A DNA stretch of 64,000 nucleotides. Origin: Candidatus Magasanikbacteria bacterium GW2011_GWC2_37_14 (GTDB lineage: Bacteria; Patescibacteriota; Patescibacteriia; Magasanikbacterales; UBA922). The translations under genes and the position numbers were made by a program. The notes beneath the pieces were generated by a model, which did not search any database, was not told where the DNA came from, and saw nothing but the letters and a program-made list of their open reading frames with translations. The DNA lies in contig LBSX01000002.1 in NCBI GenBank assembly GCA_000990355.1, positions 6,000 through 69,999 of the forward strand, in the 5' to 3' direction. Position 1 is the first letter of the stretch, and the number at the start of each line of letters is the position of its first letter. This document shows positions 57,827 to 64,000 of the stretch, piece by piece.

Positions 57827-57838
57827 CAAAGGTATATA

Positions 57839-58040
57839 ACGTCGCACAATGTATATTATACGACGCTATATAGTAAGTAAAACCCTTCTTTCTACTACTT
57901 TCGATAATCCTAAACTAATCTTATTATTTACACCTCATTTGCGTCGTATAATATCAACCAGATTGTACAACAAAAAGTTGTCGCACAATCTGGTTATTCA
58001 ATAGCACGTATAATATTTATTTTATAAAATATTTTCTAAT
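57839..58040. repeat. structured intergenic region with nested inverted and direct repeats
   Basis: 13-bp perfect inverted repeat atattatacgacg (57853-57865) / cgtcgtataatat (57942-57954). GTCGCACAAT is repeated at 57841 and 57980. There is a long hairpin aaccagattgtacaac-aaaaa-gttgtcgcacaatctggtt. The whole region is bracketed by terminators. Confidence 0.5.
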
Positions 58041-58044
58041 AATT

Positions 58045-58067
58045 AAAAGGCCGTTTAACGGCCTTTT
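58045..58067. terminator. bidirectional rho-independent terminator
   Basis: aaaa-ggccg-tttaa-cggcc-tttt, downstream of the minus-strand M23 peptidase gene. Confidence 0.7.
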
Positions 58068-58096
58068 ATAATACATTTATACCCTTAATTTAGCAT

Positions 58097-59338
58097 TTAA
58101 GGCAAATAATTGAGTGGATTGACTGGTATGCCATTGGAACGCACCTCAAAATGCAAATGTGGGCCAGTAACAAATGGTCCGGCCCCAACAGTGCCACGTG
58201 TACCTCCAGAATATGCAATTACATCACCACGAGTTACAAACTGATCAGCTTTTACAACAATCTTGCTTAAATGACCATATACTGTGGCCAAACCATCAGA
58301 ATGAACCAACATTATATAACTATAACAACTAGCCAAGCTACAAACCTTTGCCATGGCTACATAACCACTAGCAGCTGCTTTTACTGGTGTACCTTGGGAA
58401 GCTCTAATGTCTGCTCCTGTATGCTCAAATACATTACGATAAGGATAATCGGGATCATGAAAATTTGAAGTTACGTAATGACTTTGTACTGGCCAGCCAA
58501 AAATAGTGTCAGCATCTCCAGAATCATCAATTTTTTTCTCAGCCTCTAGTTTTTTTCTTACTTGTTTTTCAATTCCAGCAATTTCACCTTCAATTTGTTG
58601 ATACTGTGTACGTAAACTACCCAATAAAGTATTATATTTAAGTTCGGATGACTGTACTTGTGCCAATAAATTACTTTTAAGATTTGCCTGATCTTCCCAA
58701 TCTTGTTTTTTTTGTTTTAATTCTTCTTGAGTTTTTTCGTAAGTTAATTTTTGTTCAGTAACTTTTAATTTTTTTAGGTCCAATTCCCCTTTTATAATTC
58801 GTAAGCCTCTTACACTTTGGCCCAAGCTATCTTGTACAGTACGTAAATATTGAAATTGATTATAAAAATCAGAAAAATTATTATAAGTAGCAATAATTTC
58901 TAAATAATTTTTATCACCTTGATAATAAATCGAACGAATCAAACCACCTAAAATCTTTTTCTGTTTGGCCAAACTTGCTTCTTTGTCTTGTATAGATAGT
59001 TGCAAAGCTTCTATTTCTAAATTAAGAGAAGCAATTTTTTGTTCGGTGACTTGTACGTTCAAGGCTAATTCTGCGACACGATTATCAATAATTGCCATTT
59101 GATTTTTTAACGAAACTGCTTCAGAACGTTTTTGACTAATTTTATTTTTATAATCCTCAATACTTTTTTCTAATTCTTTAATTTTGTTTTGTTTTTCGGC
59201 AATTTGTTTATTTAAAGTATCAATTTCTGTGCTATTACCACCAGTTTCCACAACACTTCGGCTTGGCTCAGCATAAACAAAAAATGGCACTATCAAAATG
59301 CTGATTAAAACAATAAAAATAGCCAGAAATTTCTTCAT
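58097..59338 (-). CDS. M23-family peptidoglycan endopeptidase with an N-terminal coiled-coil (EnvC-like)
   Basis: Signal/TM segment, long coiled-coil, and a C-terminal M23 domain (HTGADI...GPHLHFEV). Confidence 0.8.
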   Translation of the reverse strand: MKKFLAIFIVLISILIVPFFVYAEPSRSVVETGGNSTEIDTLNKQIAEKQNKIKELEKSIEDYKNKISQKRSEAVSLKNQMAIIDNRVAELALNVQVTEQKIASLNLEIEALQLSIQDKEASLAKQKKILGGLIRSIYYQGDKNYLEIIATYNNFSDFYNQFQYLRTVQDSLGQSVRGLRIIKGELDLKKLKVTEQKLTYEKTQEELKQKKQDWEDQANLKSNLLAQVQSSELKYNTLLGSLRTQYQQIEGEIAGIEKQVRKKLEAEKKIDDSGDADTIFGWPVQSHYVTSNFHDPDYPYRNVFEHTGADIRASQGTPVKAAASGYVAMAKVCSLASCYSYIMLVHSDGLATVYGHLSKIVVKADQFVTRGDVIAYSGGTRGTVGAGPFVTGPHLHFEVRSNGIPVNPLNYLP

Positions 59339-59367
59339 GACTATATTATAACATAAATAAATTTCTC

Positions 59368-60834
59368 TCACAATTTTGCAATTGCTTGATTAATACGTCG
59401 TAAACTTTCATCTTTACCTAAAACTTCCGCAATTTCATATGGCCCAGGAGAATTTTTTTGTCCGGAAAGTGCCACACGCATAGGCCATAAAACGTCGCCA
59501 GTGCCTATATTTTCTGCTTTTAGCCACTCCCCTATTACCAATTCAAGTTTTTCCTTTGAAAAATCACTCAATTTAGCTAAAATTTGGCTTAATTTAGCCA
59601 AATTTTCCTTAGTTTTGGCTTTATCACTTTTTTTCCAAACCAATAATTCGGCTTCATATTCCCCTAATTCAAAAACAAATTTTACATTTTCTACTAACTC
59701 TACCAAGGTAGTAGCTCTTTCTTTTTCAAGTCCTACAACTTTATCAAGTGCTATCTGACATTTGTTATCTGAAATATGATACTTTTCTTCAAACAAAACT
59801 CCACATCTCTTAACTAACTCTTCATTGCTCATTTTTTTCAAATATTCCCTATTGTACCAATCCAATTTTTCCAAATTAAATACTGCCCCAGCTTTATTTA
59901 CTTTTTCCAAAGAAAATTCTTTAACCAATTCTTCTAAACTAAAAATTTCCCGTTCATCGCCTGGATTCCAACCCAAAAATGCTACGAAATTTATTACTGC
60001 CTCAGGCAAATACCCTTTTTTAATATAATCTTCTACCGCCACATCACCTTGACGTTTACTAAGTTTGGAACGATCTGGATTTAAAAGTAATGGTAAATGA
60101 GCAAACAATGGTGGTTGCCAGCCAAACATTTTATAAAGTTCAATATGTTTTGGTGTAGAAGAAAGCCATTCTTCGCCACGAACGATGTGGGTGATCTTCA
60201 TTAAATGGTCATCCACAACCACTGCTAAATGATAAGTGGGGAAACCATCAGACTTTAAAATTACTTGATCGTCAACAAGCTTATTCTCAAAACTTACTTC
60301 GCCACGAATTAAATCAGTAAATTTAGTAACACCTTCTTTGGGCATTTTCATTCTAACTACTGCCGACTCCCCTGCTTCAATCATTTTTTTTGCTTCTTCT
60401 AAACTAATATTACGACAATGACCATCGTAACCACTTGCTTGTTTATTTAATTCTTGAATTTTTCGCACCTCATCCAAACGCTCTTTGGAACAAAAACAAT
60501 AATAAGCATGGTTGTTATTTATAAGCTCATTTACAAATTGACGATAGATAGACAATCGTTCCGATTGAATATATGGACCTTTACCGCCAATTTGAACAAT
60601 TTTATTGTTCAAATCAAATTTTACACCTTCGTCTGGTTCAATTCCCGCCCATTTTAAAGTTCGTAGTAAACTTTCCATAGCACCATCAACCAATCTTTCT
60701 CTATCTGTATCCTCAATTCGTAAAACAAACTCCCCGCCGTTTTGTTTGGCAAGTATAAAATCTGTTAATGCCATTTTAAAATTTCCAATATGTAAAAAAC
60801 CTGTTGGTGAAGGTGCAAAACGTGTACGAATCAT
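59368..60834 (-). CDS. gltX: glutamyl-tRNA synthetase
   Basis: RFAPSPTGFLHIGN (HIGH region) and KLSKRQGD (KMSKS). Confidence 0.9.
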   Translation of the reverse strand: MIRTRFAPSPTGFLHIGNFKMALTDFILAKQNGGEFVLRIEDTDRERLVDGAMESLLRTLKWAGIEPDEGVKFDLNNKIVQIGGKGPYIQSERLSIYRQFVNELINNNHAYYCFCSKERLDEVRKIQELNKQASGYDGHCRNISLEEAKKMIEAGESAVVRMKMPKEGVTKFTDLIRGEVSFENKLVDDQVILKSDGFPTYHLAVVVDDHLMKITHIVRGEEWLSSTPKHIELYKMFGWQPPLFAHLPLLLNPDRSKLSKRQGDVAVEDYIKKGYLPEAVINFVAFLGWNPGDEREIFSLEELVKEFSLEKVNKAGAVFNLEKLDWYNREYLKKMSNEELVKRCGVLFEEKYHISDNKCQIALDKVVGLEKERATTLVELVENVKFVFELGEYEAELLVWKKSDKAKTKENLAKLSQILAKLSDFSKEKLELVIGEWLKAENIGTGDVLWPMRVALSGQKNSPGPYEIAEVLGKDESLRRINQAIAKL

Positions 60835-60839
60835 ATTAA

Positions 60840-61238
60840 TTAATAAACATCATCATGATTTAATTGTTTAACATCTCTTAAAAATCTATTGAATCTTTTT
60901 AAAACAAAACTACGAACATTTACCGGTACATCTTCATATTTTAATATTTGTAACTTAATATTCTTTGGCACTTTATCTTCTTGTTTCAAATATTCTCTAA
61001 GTAAGTCATCGAAATTTTCTATAACAAACTCTGTATCAGCCTGTCTGCCTTTTTCAATATCAGTTAATATGTTATCTGGAGTATGTGTAGCCAACCTAAT
61101 CGTTCCTTCGTGCAAAATTGGTGCCACTAGTGGTCTATGACCAACATCACATTGTTCTAAATGAAGTATATCATGAAGAAATCCGTCATTGGGAAAAAAT
61201 TGACGACCCCCACCAATATCTTGGCCTTTTTCAGGCAT
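60840..61238 (-). CDS. hypothetical protein
   Basis: 132 aa with His/Asp-rich motifs (FLHDILH...GHRP...ILHEG) but no family I can assign. Confidence 0.35.
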   Translation of the reverse strand: MPEKGQDIGGGRQFFPNDGFLHDILHLEQCDVGHRPLVAPILHEGTIRLATHTPDNILTDIEKGRQADTEFVIENFDDLLREYLKQEDKVPKNIKLQILKYEDVPVNVRSFVLKRFNRFLRDVKQLNHDDVY

Positions 61239-61242
61239 AAAA

Positions 61243-62070
61243 TTAAATCTTACTTAATAAAATTCCACAAGCTACAGCCACATTAAGTGATTCGGCTTGC
61301 CCTGCCTTCGACCCGAGCTCAGGCCGAGGGTAGCCTGCCGAAGGGCAACCTAGAATAGTATACTTATTATCTAGCATTTTTTCAACTTCTGGTCGTATTC
61401 CGTGCGATTCACTACCAAAAACATAAATATTCATATTTTTCTTATTAACTTTGTCCAACTTATCACCATTCATTACCATGCCATTAAGCACATAACCATT
61501 TTTTTGAAGCTTTGTAAGGTCTTGAACAACATTAGTACTCTCTAAAATATTTAGATGAAAAATAGAACCCATAGTACTCCGCACAGCTTTAGGATTGTAT
61601 AAATCCACGCAATCTTCGGATAATAATATGCTTTTAACACCAAACCAATCTGCAGTGCGAATAATTGTTCCCAAATTTCCTGGGTCTTTAACCCCGTCTA
61701 AACAAATAATTGTCCCGTCAAAATCATTTAAAATTACTTTTGGTTGTTTTATAACAGCCAAAATCCCAGGAAAAGTCTCAGTGGTTTTAAGTTTCTTGGC
61801 TTCTTTTTCGTTACAATATTCAATCAAAATATCATTTTTGGTAGCCAGGTTAATTAAATCTAAAAAATCTGGCTCACTATCCTTTGTTTTTTCAATTACT
61901 AACAAAACAACATTCGCTTGAGCAAGCATTGCTTCTTTTACACCTTTAACACCTTCAACAATAAATTCACCCTGTGCTTGGCGAAATTTCTTTTGCTCTA
62001 TCTTATTTAAATGTTTTAGACTTTTTTGTGAAAGCATAAATAATAAATAAAAACTACTGTCGCCTTCCAA
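61243..62070 (-). CDS. SpoU/TrmH-family RNA 2'-O-methyltransferase (RlmB-like)
   Basis: Motifs ICLDGVKDPGNLGTIIRTA and ESLNVAVACGILL. Has a C-terminal in-frame GC-rich insert. Confidence 0.8.
   Translation of the reverse strand: MEGDSSFYLLFMLSQKSLKHLNKIEQKKFRQAQGEFIVEGVKGVKEAMLAQANVVLLVIEKTKDSEPDFLDLINLATKNDILIEYCNEKEAKKLKTTETFPGILAVIKQPKVILNDFDGTIICLDGVKDPGNLGTIIRTADWFGVKSILLSEDCVDLYNPKAVRSTMGSIFHLNILESTNVVQDLTKLQKNGYVLNGMVMNGDKLDKVNKKNMNIYVFGSESHGIRPEVEKMLDNKYTILGCPSAGYPRPELGSKAGQAESLNVAVACGILLSKI
61293..61350. repeat. GC-rich palindromic insert inside the spoU-like gene (related to families B and C)
   Basis: ttgccctgccttcg...gagctcaggccgagggtagcctgccgaagggcaa. Shares gtagcctgcc with family B and ccttcg...gctcagg with family C. 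Encodes about 12 extra aa (GYPRPELGSKAGQA) before the ESLNV motif. Confidence 0.55.
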
Positions 62071-62888
62071 ATCCTTTTAATTCTTTGTGGTTGTTTGATT
62101 AAGCGATACAACCATTCTAACCCAATTTGACGTAAAAATAAAGGGGCGCGTTTAACAGTTCCGGATATATAATCAAAAGCTCCACCCACACCCATGGCAA
62201 TTCTGACACTTGGTAAGTCTTTTAAATTTTCATTAATCCACTTTTCTTGTTTACCATGACCAAAGGCGACAAAAAGGATGTCTGGGGCCGACATAATAAT
62301 CTGTTGAACAATTTCGTCATTTTCTTCTTTATCATAACTAATCTTGTAATCTTTTAATCTTTTAATCTTCATCCCCTTGTTTAACCCAACGATCTGTAAA
62401 TTTTTAAATTTTTTTCTTAATTCGTCACCTGTCTTTCTTATTACCTCTTCGCTTCCCGACCCTAATAAATATACACTTTTATTCGTTTTCTCTGCGAAAG
62501 CACAAATATCATGCATTAAGTCTATACCAGGGTAACGCGTTATCCTCCTCTTTCTAAGAGGAGGTGGCCGAAGGCCGGTAGAGTTTGCCGGAGTTTCATC
62601 AGCTTCGGCAACTCCCCCCGCCTGCCTTGACGGCATGTCGGGCAGGCCTACCCCCTCTTGGAAAGAGTGGGGCAACCACATTGCTAGCTTTAAACCCGTT
62701 CCATCACAAACATTCAAATCTCCACTATTTAAAACAGTTTTAAAATAGTTGTCTTTTTGCGCGTCAACCAGTATTTCTGGATTAGGGGTAAAAATTTTAT
62801 GCGATTTGTTTGAATTCAAAAATTCAGTAACTTTTTCAAGTACTTCTGTTATTGATAAATTGTCTATTCTTACATTAAGAACGTTCAC
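62016..62888 (-). CDS. WecB/TagA/CpsF-family glycosyltransferase (GT26)
   Basis: N-terminal pattern including DG.G. Carries an insert of about 40 aa in the middle. Confidence 0.65.
   Translation of the reverse strand: MNVLNVRIDNLSITEVLEKVTEFLNSNKSHKIFTPNPEILVDAQKDNYFKTVLNSGDLNVCDGTGLKLAMWLPHSFQEGVGLPDMPSRQAGGVAEADETPANSTGLRPPPLRKRRITRYPGIDLMHDICAFAEKTNKSVYLLGSGSEEVIRKTGDELRKKFKNLQIVGLNKGMKIKRLKDYKISYDKEENDEIVQQIIMSAPDILFVAFGHGKQEKWINENLKDLPSVRIAMGVGGAFDYISGTVKRAPLFLRQIGLEWLYRLIKQPQRIKRIWKATVVFIYYLCFHKKV
62543..62690. repeat. cluster of four GC-rich hairpin modules, in-frame inside the tagA-like gene
   Basis: cctcctc-tttctaa-gaggagg; ggccgaaggcc; gcctgcc-ttgacggcatgtcg-ggcaggc; cccctctt-ggaa-agagtgggg. 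Encodes GVGLPDMPSRQAGGVAEADETPANSTGLRPPPLRKRRI. Confidence 0.55.
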
Positions 62889-62898
62889 AATGGATAAA

Positions 62899-63207
62899 TT
62901 ATTTATTACTTTTTTCTGATTTCAAAATATAAATAGACACAACCACAATCACAATCGTAATAATCACCGCATAAATAAATTTGGCCAAAAGTCCCCCACC
63001 AGAAGCAAGGGGAAAATATCTTTCAATTAATCCTTTTATAGCTTCATTCCAGGCCAAACCAGCCACTAACCCAAATCCAGCCAAAACATAAGTACCAATT
63101 TTTTGTTTAACTTCTGTCCCAACTTTTTTTGTTTCTTTTTTGAAATTGTCTAGCATACGTTCAATGATTAATATATTAATATTAGCAAATTTGACAAAAA
63201 AAATCAA
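62899..63207 (-). CDS. small hypothetical membrane protein
   Basis: Two TM helices. The real start is probably internal (MLDNFKK). Confidence 0.4.
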   Translation of the reverse strand: MIFFVKFANINILIIERMLDNFKKETKKVGTEVKQKIGTYVLAGFGLVAGLAWNEAIKGLIERYFPLASGGGLLAKFIYAVIITIVIVVVSIYILKSEKSNK

Positions 63208-63251
63208 GCTGGTATAATATTAGCACTCAAAGGTAGTGAGTGATAACTCAC

Positions 63252-63346
63252 TGTCATGCTGAACTTGTTTCAGCATCTATCCTTGTAAACACATTTCTAA
63301 AAAATTATAACTTTATGAAAGATCCTGAAATAAATTCAGGATGACA
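63252..63346 (+). mobile_element. MITE-like element (family A), immediately upstream of clpB
   Basis: 95 bp, with the same termini and hairpin modules as 34082-34176. Its right end AGGATGACA lies 6 nt before the clpB ATG. Confidence 0.6.
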
Positions 63347-63352
63347 ACCATT

Positions 63353-64000
63353 ATGAACCCACAAAATTTTACCCACAAATCACAAGAAGCATTGCAACGT
63401 GCTTCACAAATTGCTAGCGATAATGGTCACCCTCAAGTAGAACCACCTCATCTTTTTGCTGCATTACTGGAAGATGAAACTGGTGTGGTAGTTTCAATTT
63501 TTAAAAAATTAAATATAAATTTGGAAGAATTAAGAACCGAAATTAACAAGATGGTTAATTCTATTCCCAAACAATTTTCTGGTCCTCAGCCGGGGAATTT
63601 AGGGCAAATATTACTTGGACCAGGAATGGTGTATATTCTGCAAAATGCGCAAAACGAAGTACAAAAAATGGGTGATGAATACATTAGTGTAGAACATTTG
63701 CTCTTGGCTTTTTTAACCAATAAAAACCCAATTAGTGATGCTTTGTCACGCCAAGGAGTACAATATAATGAGATTTTAAAAACTTTAGCCAAAATCCGTG
63801 GCACGCAAAAAGTTGACTCCCCTGCCCCAGAACAAAAATATCAAGCCTTGGAAAAATATGGCAAAAATTTAACTGATTTGGCCCGCAAAGAAAAACTAGA
63901 TCCAGTAATTGGCCGAGATGATGAAGTGCGTCGGGTAATGCAGGTATTAACTCGTCGTACCAAAAATAATCCTGTCTTGATTGGTGAACCTGGGGTTGGT
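63353..64000 (+). CDS. clpB: chaperone ClpB, N-terminal part (3'-partial, runs off the window)
   Basis: Clp N-domain repeats, then the first AAA+ Walker A GEPGVG at the window edge. Not in the ORF track because it has no stop. Confidence 0.85.
   Translation, partial: MNPQNFTHKSQEALQRASQIASDNGHPQVEPPHLFAALLEDETGVVVSIFKKLNINLEELRTEINKMVNSIPKQFSGPQPGNLGQILLGPGMVYILQNAQNEVQKMGDEYISVEHLLLAFLTNKNPISDALSRQGVQYNEILKTLAKIRGTQKVDSPAPEQKYQALEKYGKNLTDLARKEKLDPVIGRDDEVRRVMQVLTRRTKNNPVLIGEPGVG

Noticed and set aside
63586-63804. ORF 63586-63804(-)
   Set aside because: It lies antisense within the well-supported clpB N-domain coding region.

Overview
AT-rich (roughly one-third GC by eye), gene-dense bacterial window with short proteins and minimal intergenic space; the content is consistent with a small-genome, possibly CPR/Patescibacteria-like organism (inference only, no taxon can be assigned from sequence alone). 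Recognisable content, in order: a partial PD-(D/E)XK nuclease, greA and a cspA-family gene; a minus-strand cell-envelope cluster (two GT4 glycosyltransferases, DedA, a large secreted GH9-like hydrolase, CNNM/CorC); tRNA-Asn(GTT); a plus-strand island of small enzymes (Nudix, cupin, YwbE, P-loop kinase, GNATs, HD, S51 peptidase, MgtC); typA; an Rrf2-nifS-nifU-ferredoxin Fe-S operon; rsmI, metG, cvpA, tatD; a complete F1Fo ATP synthase operon (atpZ-B-E-F-H-[unknown ORF]-A-G-D-C); a UvrD-like helicase-nuclease; proS; mreBCD-PBP2; a second greA; lysS with a C-terminal HD domain; a Ham1-Nudix fusion; serS; a murF/DegT/FemAB/FtsQ wall cluster; an M23 peptidase; gltX; TrmH/SpoU; a WecB/TagA glycosyltransferase; and the clpB 5' end. 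The most striking thing I can see directly is a set of GC-rich palindromic miniature repeat elements standing out against the AT-rich background (at least about 13 loci). Several of them lie inside conserved housekeeping genes (rsmI, tatD, an alpha/beta hydrolase, the UvrD-like helicase, typA, nifS, spoU, tagA) with the reading frame preserved. This resembles Rickettsia palindromic elements. One family has GTCAT...ATGAC termini with subterminal hairpins; two intergenic copies end 6 nt upstream of the start codons of atpG and clpB, so their right end supplies an AGGATGA Shine-Dalgarno-like sequence. Other notable items: a tiny self-contained transcription unit (consensus promoter, a 37-aa T/P/E-rich ORF, terminator); a structured roughly 200-bp repeat-rich intergenic region bracketed by two terminators; AT-rich TTTNCAA heptamer arrays that share an identical 22-mer upstream of cvpA and atpF; and several unusual domain fusions. 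All calls rest on motif recognition by eye. No database search was run, and every coordinate is approximate to within a few nt.
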